A DNA stretch of 63,849 bases, filler included, from Chiloscyllium plagiosum (taxonomy: Eukaryota), in the NCBI RefSeq assembly GCF_004010195.1. It is 6 parts of one record of this genome, joined end to end, with 100 filler letters (N's around TTAATTAATTAA, not from the genome) between each part and the next. Parts side by side here need not be neighbours in the genome. Positions count along the whole stretch, not along the records: positions 1 to 20,121 come from NC_057713.1; 5 more parts are not named here. One strand, written 5' to 3'. The translations under genes and the position numbers were made by a program. The notes beneath the pieces are model-generated. The model ran no database searches. It saw only the letters and a list, made by a program, of their open reading frames with translations, and had not been told where the DNA came from. Below are positions 1 through 12,884 of the stretch, one piece after another. Position 1 is the first letter of the stretch, and each line of letters begins with the position of its first letter.

Positions 1-339
1 ATGGTGAAGCAGACTCGATGGGCTGAATGGCCTAACTCTGCTCCTTTAATTTTATGATCATATGGAGTGTATGGAATTTTTGAAGATGCTATCTCTAAAG
101 CCATGTCCTTCAACACTGTTTGATGTAAATTGTCAGGTCCTGGGATTTAACAACTTCCAGCTCCATTATTTTCTCCAGTAAATCGTGCTAATATTTATTT
201 CCTTCAGCTCTTCATTCTCCCTAGTCACTTGTACTTGTATCACTAATTATTTGAGATTTCTTTTATCTTGCTCAGTGAAAACAAATACAAAATAATTATT
301 TAGCTTCCTTGCCATTTCCTTATTCCCATTAGAAATTTG

Positions 340-835
340 CTTGATTCCCCAAAGCCTGTCCACCATCTACAAGGCAAAAGTTAGGGGTGTGATGGAATAC
401 TCCACAACTGCCTGGATAAGCACTCAAGATACTCAACACCATCAAGGACAAAGCAGCCCAATTGACTGGCACCACATTCACCACTGTCAAAACTCTTCGA
501 CTGATGCACAGTGGCACCAGCGTCTACCATCTACATGATGCACTTCAGCAATTCATCAAGGCTACTAAACTGACCCTTCAAAACCTACAACCTGTTAAAG
601 ACAAGGACACAACACCTGCAAGTTCTCCTCCAAGCCACTTACCATCGTGACTTGGAAATGCATCACTGTTCCTTCAGTGGTCATGAAGTCAAACTGCAGA
701 AGCTTCCTCTCTAATATTATGTGGATGTATCTACACCCAAAGTGGTTCAAGAAGGCAGATCATCATCGCTTTCTCAAGGGTATTGGTGGAAGGGCAATAA
801 GTGGGAACTTAGCCATGATACCTACATCATGAAAA
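340..835 (+). mobile_element. 3' fragment of a CR1-group LINE (here 'LINE family B'), decayed
   Basis: ORF 341-538 reads PQSLSTIYKAKVRGVMEYS..AW, a LINE ORF2 C-terminal motif. It ends in a GGGCAATAA...CATCATGAA tail shared with copies at 17845-19312, 36311-37850 and 61930-62355. Confidence 0.7.
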
Positions 836-1136
836 ATAACTTTTACAAAGGTAACATGATCCACTTCACGACTGCTTTTAATTAAATTTAACAGACAGTC
901 CCAAACATAACAAACTCAGAAATTTTTGATTTTAACAACTTCTATTTCTCTGTTGGTAAATTCCCTACTTGCTTAGTAATTTCCAATTGAAACAGAGTTA
1001 GCAGAGTTAAACATTTATTTGTATATCTTTCATGAGTAAACATGTCATGACTGTGAGTTTAAAAAGGGTGTTTCATTTAAAATTTAGATTTGGTTTAATT
1101 TAGTTGTATGCAAAAAATTAGACAATATTAAATTGA

Positions 1137-1437
1137 GCGGCACAGTGGTTGGCATAGTGGCTAGCACCGCTGCCTCACAGTGCCAGAGACCTGGGTTCAA
1201 TTCCCACCTCAAGCAACTGTCTGTGTGGAGTTTGCACATTCTCCCTGTGTCTGCATGGGTTTGCTCCAGTTTCCTCCTACAGTCCAAAAATGTGCAGGTT
1301 AGGTGAATTGGCCATGCTAAATTGCCTGTAGTGTTAGGTGAAGGGGTAAATGTAGGGGTCTGGGTGGGTTGCTCTTCAGAGGGTTGGTGTGGACTTGTTG
1401 GGCCGAAGGGCCTGTTTCCACACTGTAGGTAATCTAA
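1137..1437 (+). mobile_element. HE1-like tRNA-derived V-SINE, near full length
   Basis: tRNA-like head (TGGCATAGTGG A box, GGGTTCAATTCC B box), V-SINE core TGTGTGGAGTTTGCACATTCTCCCTGTGTCTGC, and CR1-type tail GGGCCGAAGGGCCTGTTTCC. Confidence 0.85.
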
Positions 1438-1789
1438 ATTAATTATTTAAGCCATTTTCGTTCAGCAAAGACTCAATCTTCAGGCTATGAACCAGACAAG
1501 GAGTAAAACAAATAATATTATTATGTAATAGAAAAGGATAGGAGGAAAGAGCTAGTCTTATTGAAAATATATGACAGACTTTACAATTTTCTTTGGATGA
1601 TCAGCCCAAGTACAAGGGTAAGGTCACCATAGGCATGAATCTCGATGATTAGAGGCTTTAGATGACTATTTTCTTTTCCCACAAACAGCTTAAACTTGTA
1701 GCAAATTTGAATTTTAATATTTTTCAATCAACCTGTTGAGTATTATGGCATATGTCCAGTACACAGGCACATCTTTGAACTGTGAAAAG

Positions 1790-1908
1790 CAACACACACA
1801 CAGAGAGAACATGCAAATGCCACACAGACAGTCACTGGAGGCTGGGATTGAACCTGGGTCCCCAGTACTATGAGGCAGTAGTGCTAACCACTGAGCCACC
1901 ATGCCACC
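1790..1908 (-). mobile_element. HE1-like V-SINE 5' fragment
   Basis: Reverse complement reads GGCATGGTGGCTCAGTGGTTAGCACTACTGCCTCA...GGGTTCAATCCC, matching the head of the copy at 1137. Confidence 0.75.
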
Positions 1909-2699
1909 CAGAATCTGTTGTAAAAAAAAACTCCCAAAAATAGCCAAGTTAAGCTAAGCTATACCTTAATAAACTACAATCTGGGTCTACTTACAAAACA
2001 TGACGCTTCTTACATAACATGCAAATATAACATTCTGCTGCAGACTTGTGTCTTTAAGGCTACAAAAAGAATTTAAATTCGAAACCAGTTCCCTGTGAAA
2101 ACAATAAGAGAGTAATTAAGAGTGGCAGTTGGCTGTAAGTGATTGGCTGCTCTCAGGAGCCAGATGAATTTTTCTTCAAATGATCAACTCATCTGATTCC
2201 TTTCACTTTCCTTCAAACTAGCTCATGCCTGGAGCATCTGATATGTGATATTCAGAGTCTGAGAAACCAGACTCGGGAACAAGAACTTGGCTTACATAAG
2301 GGATAGACGTGGGGCTGTTCCTGCTCAGAATATAATCTAAGTTACGTCAAGGTCCATATTGTTGACAACATTGAGGAAATCATTTCCATCATGTCTAGCT
2401 TTTAGTAAAGTTATACATTACAAAGATGTGAAAACTCTTGCTAAAAAGAAATAAAAGCTAATTATCTAATTGAAGTGAGACTAAAAGCTGTCTGGGGCTA
2501 ATTTAGAAAGATCATTCAAAGTAACGGAAGAGTGTAATTGTTGTACTACTTTACTTAAAGAGCTTTTGACTTTAGTCTGTAGAATCTGCTAACAATCAAG
2601 CACCAGAAGAAATAAAATATCTCAATGTTGCACAAAGTATTCAATTTATGACACAAAACTTCAGAATATTCCATTCTGTCTTACAATCACCAACATACT

Positions 2700-2947
2700 T
2701 TTGACATAGAATTCCACAATAGGCAATCCACGCACAACAATAAAAATCTGGAATAAAAAGTTAATCTAACGGTGACCATGTAACACTGTCAGTTGTCATT
2801 GAAAGTATTATCTGGCTCACTAATATCTTTCAGGGAAGGAGATGTGCTGTCTTCATCTGATCAAGCCTGCATGTGATTCCAGTCTCTCATCAATGTACTA
2901 ATGCTTACGGATGGGCAATAAATGTGATGCAGGCATCCTGTGAATAC
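2700..2947 (+). mobile_element. tRNA-derived SINE family B (body and tail)
   Basis: Body ATCTGGCTCACTAATATCTTTCAGGGAAGGA...GCCTGCATGTGATTCCAG and tail GGATGGGCAATAAATG...CATCCTGTGAAT, shared with five other copies in the window. Confidence 0.65.
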
Positions 2948-3739
2948 ATATCTTTGAAAAACCTTGGATGAAACATTATTTTGCTCCACCATAGGGTGGT
3001 TCATAAGCTCGGGCGGCTCAGTTCATCAGGTTGGAAGGCACAGTGCATCTCTTTCCTGGCAGCCCTACCTTAGGTCCATAAGATACGATAGAAAAGCAAA
3101 ATTAAGCCATTTGGCCCATCAAGTCAACTTTACCATGGCTGATATGTTTCTCGATTCCATTCTCCTGCCTTCTCCCCATAAACCCCTTGAGAGACAATAC
3201 AGAACCTCAGCTTGCCACCAGTGATAGGCAGGGGGCACCACCAGGTAAACCCTGGCATATATGTCTGCAGTGTAGTGGGCAGAGTTCCACTCTAACTTAA
3301 AGGCCCATACTCAATGGAGATAGGAAGCCACCCACAGGTCAAAGCTTGCACTAGCCTCCAGCCCCAATCCCCTCGCATCTTTCTCTGGGACCTCCCCAAC
3401 TGTTCCTATTGAGGTGAACTCATTTATCTTCAATCCAGAATTCCAGTGATGATCCTGCTGCCAACAAGTTTTCAGATTTTAACAACTTTACTGTAACAAC
3501 CAAAGATTAATGTTGATAAAACATTACTTAGTTGGCCATTAATCCTCTAAACTATGGAACAGATATTCTTTATTAGTTTCTTAACACAAACTCAGAACCG
3601 TGCTAGTTTGTATGTAATGGCGCACCCTCAGCAGAACTGTGGTTCTTAAAGGGACCAGTTCAAAGCTATTACTTGCTTCCAGTGAGTTCACTTCTGCTGT
3701 TTCATTGAGCCATAACATCCAGAGTCCTTTTTATTTAAC

Positions 3740-3990
3740 TTGTGGTATCTGTGGATGTTACTGGCTAGGTCAGCATCTATTGCTCATCCCTAATCACTCC
3801 TCTCCTGCTCCTCAGAGGCTGCCTAACCGGCTGTGCTAATCTAGCACCACAGTCGTCGACTTTGATCTCCAGCATCTGCGGGGCTCACTTTCTCCTCACT
3901 AAGAGCACAACCACATTGCTGTGGGTCTGGAGTCCCATGTAGACCAGACCAGGTAAGGATGGCAGTTTCCTTCCTAAAGGACATTAGTAG
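3740..3990 (-). mobile_element. SINE family B fragment interrupted by a PLE pLTR fragment (~3797-3897, +)
   Basis: AACCACATTGCTGTGGGTCTGGAGTC...CCTAAAGGACATTAGT matches SINE B. The insert ends GATCTCCAGCATCTGC...CTCACTTTCTCC, like the pLTR ends at 11350 and 41265. Confidence 0.6.
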
Positions 3991-4169
3991 ACCTAAAGTA
4001 GATTGAAGGTCATCTTCAAAGAATTCCCAAACCACTTCCAGCAGCAAAGGTCATTTTGATCATTCCTCCTCTCTCCTCAGCAAGTTCAGTTTCTTTGAGC
4101 AGAGAACATATTTCCACATGCAGTGAAAGGAAAAGGATCAAAAAGAATTTGATCTCAATACAGGAGCAA

Positions 4170-4652
4170 GAATATCCTAGTGAGACCACACTGCAATACA
4201 GTGCAATTTTGGTCTCCTTATCTAAGAAAGGAATAGATTATGTCCAGTGAGATCTGTATTCATGAGAGTTTGTAAGAATGAGAAACATGTAAAATTCTGA
4301 GAGGTTTAGACGGAATGGATGCCGAGATGGTGCCTCCCTTCTCAGGAGGTTCTAGAACAAGGGGTTATAGTGTCAGGACAAGGAGTAGGCCATCCAGGAC
4401 TGAGATGAAGAGAAATGTCTTCACTGAATTGGTGATATATCTATGCAATTCTGTTCCACGAAAATCTGTGGAGGTCAAGTCACTGAATATATTTAAGCAA
4501 GTAACAGATTTCTAGACACTAAAGACATCAAGGCATATGGGGAGAGAGCAGGAATGAGGCATTGAGGTGGAGGAGTGGTTCTGATCATACTGAATGATGG
4601 AATAGGACTGATGGACTAGATGGCCTATTCCTGCCCCTATTTTCTATGTTTC
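4170..4652 (+). mobile_element. CR1 LINE 3' fragment, decayed
   Basis: ORF 4315-4515 (SRTRGYS...RNVFT...NSVP) resembles the CR1 ORF2 C-terminus; tail ends TTTCTATGTTTCT. Confidence 0.7.
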
Positions 4653-4964
4653 TGCATTCTGCCCGGTAGCTACCAGAGAACAATGCTTTCCCCTGCTGGT
4701 CCTAACAGCACCTCCCAGACTATCTCTTTCTGTACAGGTCTGTGAATCTGATGGCTTGGAATTCTGCCAATCTTAACTAAGGATGCCAGCTGCTTTGGTA
4801 TTTGTATACAGATGGTAAATCCATAACCTTGGCTCTCAAGAACACTTGATATGAGCCCTAGGACTTCACAACAAGCAGTTCAGATCAGTTTATAGTCTGA
4901 CAGAACTAGTAGGAGTTCACATGAATGCTGACAGACAATTAAACAACTCATTGAAGGCTGATAT

Positions 4965-5678
4965 TCCACAAATACCATTATCCTCAATGATGGGAAACCC
5001 AGCACATCAGTGAAATATGAAGCATTCATAGCAATCCTCAACCAGATGTGCCAAGTGGATTCCTCCAGAAGGCCTCAGCATCATAGATACCAGTCTTCAA
5101 CCAATTCAATTAACTCCACCTGATATCAAGAAATGGTTGGAGGCACTGGAAATTGCAAAGACTGTGAGTCCTGAAGGCATTCTGACAATTGTATCTGCAC
5201 CCAGAGGCAAGCTGCTTTAACATGGAAAACTGCCAAAAAGCAGGGCAAATCCAATTCAACCAATTACCATCCCATCAGTCTACTGTCGATCATTAGCAAT
5301 GATGGAAGGTGTCACCAACAATACCATCAAGCAGCACTTGCTCAGCCATAACCTTCTCAGTGGTACCCAGTTTGGGTTCTGCCAGATCCACTCAGCTCCT
5401 GACCTCATTACAGCCCTTGTTCAGAAGAGCTGAATTCCAGAGGTGAGGCGAGAGAGAGAGTGACAGCTCTTAACATCAAAGCCATGTTTGACCAAGTGTG
5501 GGTTTGAGGAGATCAAATAAAACCCAGGTCAGTGGAATTCAGGGGGAATCTCTCCACTGGCTGGAGCCATATTTAACACAAAGGAAAATGGTGAGATAGT
5601 TGGAAGTAAGTCATCTCAGTTCCAGAATATCTCTGCAGGACTTTTCTCTGCATAGTGTCCTTGGCCTAACCATTGTAA
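4965..5678 (+). mobile_element. LINE family B RT-region fragment, decayed
   Basis: AATTACCATCCCATCAGTCTACT (NY.PISL) and ACATCAAAGCCATGTTTGACCAAGTGTGG (DIKA.FD.VW); homologous to 37340-37790 and 62370-62638. Confidence 0.65.
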
Positions 5679-6144
5679 CCTTGGGTTCAAAGGAACATAG
5701 GACTTAGGAAGAGAAGTAAGCTATTTGATACTACAAGCCTGTTCCACCATTCAATAAGATCATGGCTAATCTAATTGCGGTTCATCCCCACCTTCCTATC
5801 AGTACTCCATATCCATTGATTTTCCTAGCTTTCAAAAATCTATCTAACTCAGCCTTGAATATATGTGGAGATCCAGACTCCACTACATTCTGGCTAAGGA
5901 GAATTTCACTGTCTATAAAAAGTCATTTGAGAAAATTTATCATCATTAGATTTGACACAAAGCAAAACAAATTAACACTTCTCATATTATTATGATGACA
6001 GATCAATCCTTGATATACTTACAAACATCCAGAGTTTTGGATAAGATTTTTTTTTAACAAAAGCTTCAAGTCAACAATATAACTTCTAAGAATTAATTCA
6101 AATACTGCAGAAATATTCCCTGCATCTACCCTGGAATGTCTTAC

Positions 6145-6164
6145 CTTATAGGGTGCCGAGGAAG
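6145..6164 (-). other. Candidate 20-nt micro-exon of an unidentified host transcript
   Basis: Minus strand reads GTCTCTCTCTTTGCAG|CTTCCTCGGCACCCTATAAG|GTAAGA: a strong polypyrimidine acceptor and near-consensus donor in non-repetitive-looking sequence. No gene identity could be assigned. Confidence 0.35.
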
Positions 6165-8564
6165 CTGCAAAGAGAGAGACTTCAAAAATTAAAAATACAA
6201 GGCAATTATAGTTACCTCCTTTCAGCAGGAACATATCCCCTGTAGATTATATTCTAGATCATAAGCATGAATCAAAAGAAATGCTTTCCATCTTACCCTT
6301 CCAGGAATAAAAAAACACATGATGTGTTAAAAACAACTGTAACAAATTCGTGTATTAAAAAGATTGCAGCTTGAGGACAGCAACTCGACATCCCAGTACT
6401 GCAGGTAAAAAAAAGATACTTTCTTGTGCAGAGTGCAGGAAGCCAGTCACCAACAAAGAGGAAAGAGGACAAAGGAACTACAGCTAACCTGCAAAGACCA
6501 GAATATCATTATTGACTTCGCAATTGTCAATGTGAACGCTATCAATGTCACTCAACATAAGGATTGTGGCTTTCCATGATCTATTCTTCATGAAGAATCT
6601 GGAAACTAATCTGTAAAACTTTTACTTCACTTCGAATACCTTTTCATTCATAATCTGTGGAAATGTGAGTGATGATTCATCATGCATTCAATAAATAAAT
6701 TGTTTAATAATTTCTTTAACTCAAGATAAACTGGTTAAATTCTCTCCTTTTAGAACATAAACATTGATCTGGAATAAGGGCTTCCCCAGGGGTCATTTTC
6801 AATTAATGTTGTTACAACCAACCTAGAGGTGGGTGAATAAAGAAGGGAAAACAGTTGAATTGCCAGTCCTACCCCCTCCCTCAACCACATTCTCTGTGAT
6901 GGCAAAAGAAATCACAATTTTATGTGTTGCTCCACACCCTTAACTCAGCCATCTTCCCTATTGTGCTCCTAACATTAAAGTAAGACCATTCAGCATTGCC
7001 TTACTTTCCTGAAACTCAATATGGCTGAACTCCCTCTGACTTGGTTCCTGTAATAATACATGCTGTTTCTCTATTGTACTGATAGTCTGTGACCCAGCCC
7101 CTGCTGAACTAGTTTCAATTCCTCCCACCAGCACCAGCAAACCCACCCACAAGGATGTTGGTCCCATATTCACATCACACTACATGGAAGAATTGACCAT
7201 TTAGAATTTTCAGAACCAGCCCTTTCTTAAATAAAAAAAATTAACCTGTTCAGGTAGAGTACACACCTGAAATAGGTGGGACTTGACAAAAGCCTGTTGG
7301 CTCAAAGATAAGGAAACTACCACTGCACCGCAAGATCCTCATACAATCTGATGCATCACAATAACCTATAGACTTACAAAGATCAAGGTACACCATTTTG
7401 ATGTGAATTTGGATTATGTCTTAATCCCTTTGCTCATTAAAATTAAAATTGAATTAATTTCAGTGAAGTAAGGCTGGTGAAAAAGAAAGTCTGAATTCCT
7501 ACTGGGTAGAATCCTCCTCCTCAACTTTTCACCATCTATTACTCGCCCTGCTTCAGTCTTAGGTGTATGTTAATAGTAAGCAGATTGACCTCATTTTGGA
7601 TCAGTGTGATCAAATTGAATTCATTCCCCAGGGTGGAGGGATTTATTCAGATTCAAGTCCATTGCTTTAACCAATACTTCCTCCATGAACCCTTGCTAAC
7701 TGTTCAAGTGTTCCCTATGGTCTTGGTGTAAACAAGATATACTTGCAGGATAGCCTTTCCTAGTTAGATATCTTCAGAATAAATAAAGTAAATTATTACA
7801 GGATGTTAGTTTATCTTAACTCTATATCCACTGTAAGTAACTGCATGTGTTTCTGGGTTGATTTTTATGGAACCTTGGGTTCATTCCAGATTTTATAAAT
7901 GTTGTGATCTCAGCCAACTTTTGTGAGGTTTAACACTCTACTTATCTATAATCTACTCTGTATTCAAGGCCTTATTCCAGTGAAAAGAATTAGTACACTT
8001 AGATCGCAAATGAAAAAAACCATCAAATAAAATATCAATTTCATCAAGGAAACCACTTTTGGAATAAACTCTGTTTGATATACTTCCAATTACCAATCAG
8101 TTTAAGGCCCTTTACCTAGAACATTCCTGTGTTCACTATCTCTGTTTTTGAAACTGTTTATCCAGCATGAGCTTGTTTATTTTAAAGACTTTATTTGAAA
8201 TTTAGTTGGTAATGATAGTTTATACCAGGCCATTTACAGGATTGTAAATTTTACAACTCCATCTAGATTTGAAAAACGTGTGATTTTTATACTTGTCAAG
8301 AGATAGAATGCTGTGCAGTATATGATACAGGATCACCATTAATTGCTCTTAAGTTAGTTGTTCTATCATCTCAGTTCAGACCAAAGTGCAGTTCCCATGC
8401 TTCCTCCTACAATGAACATTTTCAGTCTCCTTCCACAATAGAATAGTCATAAACAGCTAAGAGGCTAACTCCTACTCCAAATTAGCAATCACTTCAGCCT
8501 TGTGCCAGGTATCATGAGCAGTTTTTGTTCTCTGGTTTTATATTAAACACCTAAGAGATGATGT

Positions 8565-10260
8565 AATCATAGAGAGAGTCACACAGTTTCTGCAACATGG
8601 TAAGAGGTCCTTCATGATGGCCCATCCTGAATGTGCCAGTCATTAAATATCCATCTGTATTAATCCCATTCTCCAGCATTTAGCCCATAGTCTTTTATGC
8701 TATGGTGTTTCATCTGCTCATCTAAATAGCTCTTAAATGTCTTAAGGGTTCCTTTCAGCCTTTTAGTTCCAAATGACCATAACCAATTACCACCTAATGC
8801 AGGTTTCTAGTCACAAAGACATCCTTGACCTTCATACTCTGCTTCTAGCCACTAAACCATTTTTGCATCCAATTTGGCAAATTGCTCTGGGTTCCATGGA
8901 CTCTTAGTTTCTTAACTAGTCTGTCATGCAAGACCTTGTCAAAAGCCTTACTAAGTCCATCAACTGCACTTCCCTCATTGACACAGTAGTCACCTCTTCG
9001 AAAAATTCAAATTTGTTAGACATGCTAAATCTTGCTAAACCTTCCAGACTATCCTTGATCAATCCATGCTTCACCAAGTGGAGATTAATTATGCTCCTCA
9101 GAAATGTTTCCAGTAGTTTCCTGATCCCAGGACTCACTGGCCTAGTTTCCTGGTTTACCACTCCTACCCTTTTTTGACTAATAGCACCACATTAGTTGCA
9201 CTCCTTCATGAGCTCAGAGGATTTGGAGATTATTGTCAGAGCCCCTGCAATCTTCTCCAACGTGGCAACTCCCATTGCATTGAATCATAGAATCCCTACA
9301 GTGCAGAAGCAGCCCATCGAGTCTACATCAACCCTCCAAAAAGCATCTCACCCAGAACCACCCTCCCTTGTATTCATCTCAACTGGGCCTGGATATTTAT
9401 CCATTTTCAACCTGTTAAAAACACTAATGCCTCTTCCCTCTCAAAATGCTAAATTGTTGAAGTTTATTACAACTCCCCCACCCCTCCCTGGCTTCATACC
9501 TACACCAACCTCCTCCATTCTGCATACAGCTACAAAGTACTCATTTAGAACTTCAGCTCTGTCTTCCAGTTCCACACGTTGATTGCCACTTTGCTCCCTA
9601 ATGGGCCTTATTCTTTCCAGCGTTATTCTCTTGTCCCTAATACTCTTAGGAAATACCTTTGGATTATCCTAGATGTTATATGTCAGTGTTTCTAAATGTT
9701 CCCTCTTCTTTCTGTACTCCTCTATGACATCTACTGTTTTGAGCCCATGGCATCCTGCATAAGCTTCCTTCTTTTCTCGATCAAATCCTCTATATCCTTT
9801 TACGGGAACACATTGGGCCGGCACTTTCACCCTTACCCTTTTGAGCACCTCTCACTGCTCTGAAGTGTATTTTCCTGTAAGTAGCAGTTCTGAGGCACTT
9901 TGGCTAAAGCCTGTATACCCTATTAATATCAGCCTTGTCCCAGCTCAGAAACATGATTTCTGGTCTAGCTTTGTGATTATCCATAATTAACTTGCATCTT
10001 AGTGAATTATGGGCACTATCACTAAAATGTTCCCCCACAGCCACATCTATCAATTGCCTAGCTTTGATCTCTAAAATTAGGTCCCTTTCCATTGTAGGTC
10101 GTATGCATGCTGGATTTAAAAAGCTTTCCTGGACACAATCCAAGAATTCCATCGTCTCTAAGCCTTTCAAATTTGTCTAATATTGGGAAAGTTGAAATCT
10201 TCTACTATTATTAGCCTTTTATTTTTTCACTTCCCTAAGATTTGCCAACATGTATATCTT
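8565..10260 (-). mobile_element. CR1 LINE ORF2 fragments (endonuclease end to RT), old
   Basis: ORF 9904-10170 (EFLDCVQESFL...RPT...GEHFSDSAHN) and ORF 8916-9161 (RPVS...KLLE...HGLIKDS...FFEEVT); tail near 8565. Confidence 0.8.
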
Positions 10261-10269
10261 TCTATCTGT

Positions 10270-10480
10270 CTAGACTGCTTCACCATAATGTTAACTTTAG
10301 GACACTCTTCCCAGACTGTTTCACTGTAATACTGATTGCAAGACACTCTTTCCAGACTGCATCACTCTGTTGTTGACTGCTGGACACTCTTCCCAGACTG
10401 CCTAACCGCAATGCTGACTTCCAGGCATTCTGCCTAACTTGCTTCACTGTGATGCTGATTTCAGGAAACTCTTCCCAGAT
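10270..10480. repeat. Degenerate 41-bp minisatellite, about 5 copies
   Basis: GACACTCTTYCCAGACTG recurs at 10301, 10342 and 10383 (period 41), with more divergent flanking units. Confidence 0.75.
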
Positions 10481-10794
10481 CCCCTAAACATCCACCAAAA
10501 TGAATCATGGGCTGTCCAGAAATTTACCCAATTTAAACATAAGAAAGAAGAGTGCACAAGTAGAACATTTTGCCCCTTCAGTCATCAGATGTGGTTGCCT
10601 TCCCTCCATAATGCCTACATCAATCAAGATGCCTACCTTCAAATACGTTTATTGGCCCAGCCTGGGGGTCGGAATTCCAAACACTAATCTCCCCAATTAA
10701 TTTCATTTCAGACACTTTAGTGGAAGGATTCAAAAAATTTTTAATGTTATTTTTGATTATATCTGGGTCCCAGAAGTGAAAACCTGGTGTTTTA

Positions 10795-11380
10795 AATACC
10801 TGTCCATCTTCCTTCCCATCTATCCCTCCACCCTCCTCTCCGCCCTATCACCATCACCCCCAACTTCATCTACCTGTCGCACTCTCAGCGACCTTACCCC
10901 CAGTCCCACCCCCCTCCCATTTATCTCACCTCCCCCTCAGCTCACAGCTTCATTCCTGATGAAGGGCTTTTGCCCAAAATGTTGATTACCCTACTCCCNN
11001 NNNNNNNNNNNNNNNNNNNNNNNNNNNNNNNNNNNNNNNNNNNNNNNNNNNNNNNNNNNNNNNNNNNNNNNNNNNNNNNNNNNNNNNNNNNNNNNNNNNN
11101 NNNNNNNNNNNNNNNNNNNNNNNNNNNNNNNNNNNNNNNNNNNNNNNNNNNNNNNNNNNNNNNNNNNNNNNNNNNNNNNNNNNNNNNNNNNNNNNNNNNN
11201 NNNNNNNNNNNNNNNNNNNNNNNNNNNNTATCTCACCTCCCCCTCGGCTTGCCTCATTCCTGATGAAGGGCTTATGCCCGAAACGCGATTCTCCTGTTCC
11301 TCGGATGCTGACTGACCTACTGTGTTTTTCCAGCACCACATTCTTGACTCTGATCTCCAGCATCTGCAGTCCTCACTTTT
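10795..11380 (+). mobile_element. PLE 3' end with tandem pLTR copies spanning an N gap
   Basis: C-rich 3' UTR followed by CATTCCTGATGAAGGGC-NNNN-GCCC(G/A)AAA at 10956 and 11260 (both HHR cores mutated); ends CAGCATCTGCAGTCCTCACTTT. Confidence 0.75.
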
Positions 11381-11659
11381 GCCATTTTAATTTAACAAGC
11401 CATTCACCAATTCCTTTTATCAATATTCACATGCTTGGAAAACAACATTCAGATGTTTGCCCTAATTCTACAAATCCAAACTGGCTGTGCCAGATTAGCT
11501 CATGCCTTTCTCAGACAAAGTAATTTTTTTTGTCCCTTTTATTGTGCATAAGTACCTGTGCTTTATTTTGTGGTAGGCACTTAATATGTAGGTTCTGCAA
11601 TCCACAGCTAACTGAAAATTCTCCCTGTCAGGAATTGGAGTTGACTGATTTTTTAAAAA

Positions 11660-11985
11660 ATTATCCAGTCACAGGATGAGGGCGTCGATGGCTAGGCCAG
11701 CATTTAATGCCTTTCCCAATTGCCCAGAGGGCAGTTAGAAGTCAACCACATTGCTGCAGGTAGGCCAGACAAAGTAGGAATGGCAGTTTCCTTCCATAAA
11801 GGACATTTGTAAACCAGATGGGTTTTCCTGACAATCAACAATGGACCCATGGTCATCAATACATTCTTAATTCCAGATTTTAATTGAATTCAAATTCCAC
11901 CATCTGCCATGGCAGGATTTGAACATTGCATGGGTCTGTGGATTACCAGTCCAGAAATAATACCACTAGCCCATTGCTTCCCCAT
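11660..11985 (-). mobile_element. SINE family B, near full length
   Basis: Same body and tail as the copies at 14978, 39836 and 46848; tRNA-like head at the right end. Confidence 0.75.
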
Positions 11986-12288
11986 GATGTCACTAAAGAC
12001 TCAAGACCCTACTCTGCTAACAATGGTAGTTTGCTCTCCCCATGCACTTGATTGGTGGTGAAGCTCCTTATACAATTATGAAAATGACATCATTCAATGC
12101 TGAGACTCAAGTGAAGCTCGAGGCAGTTATACCGATTGCATGTGACATCAGTGACAGTCTGAGCTTTACAGAAACCTTCAATGTCAATGAAAAGCTGCAG
12201 TCTTGCTGCCTGCTGCCTCCTGGGAAAGGGGTTGGAGGAGGAGGCTAAAGACTCACAGTGGCTGTTTTGTTATTGCAGCAAAACATCG

Positions 12289-12590
12289 CTAAGGCTACAC
12301 CACTAAGGCTGCACCACTAAGGCTGCATCACTACAGCTGCACCACTAAGGCTATACCACTAATGATTTACCACTTATGCTACACCACTAAGGCTACATCA
12401 TTAAGGCCAGAGCACTAGGCTACACCACTAAGGCTACAGCGCTAGGCTACATTACTAAAGCTACACCACTAATGCTACACCACTAATGCTGCACCATTAA
12501 TGCTATACCACTAAGGCTACACCACTAAGGCAAAACCACTAAGCTACACCATTAAGGCCAGAGCACTAGGCTACACCACTAAGGCTACAC
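12289..12590. repeat. 14-bp minisatellite (CACTAAGGCTACAC)n, about 21-22 copies
   Basis: Direct reading of repeated CACTAAGGCTACAC/CACTAATGCTACAC variants. Confidence 0.9.
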
Positions 12591-12884
12591 CTTCAAGAAC
12601 CATTTGTCAAAATGGTAATCTAGTACTTCTCTCTTGTACATAAGATATAGGAGCAGAATTAGGCCATTTATTCTGCTCCACCATTCAATCATGATTAATA
12701 TGTTTCTCAAACCCATTCTCCTGCCTTTTCCCTGTAACCCTTGATCCCCTTATGCTTATAATGCTTACATTTAAAAAGTCAAAAACCTCATTTTGCATTC
12801 CTGATCAAAAAAGCCAGAAATTATGACACCCCATGATAACTTAATTGGATTGAATCATTTCTGGGTCTCCAGGTCAATCATGGA

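Noticed and set aside
1137..1210. tRNA gene
   Set aside because: The A/B boxes belong to a SINE head followed by the V-core and LINE tail; no standalone tRNA was seen.
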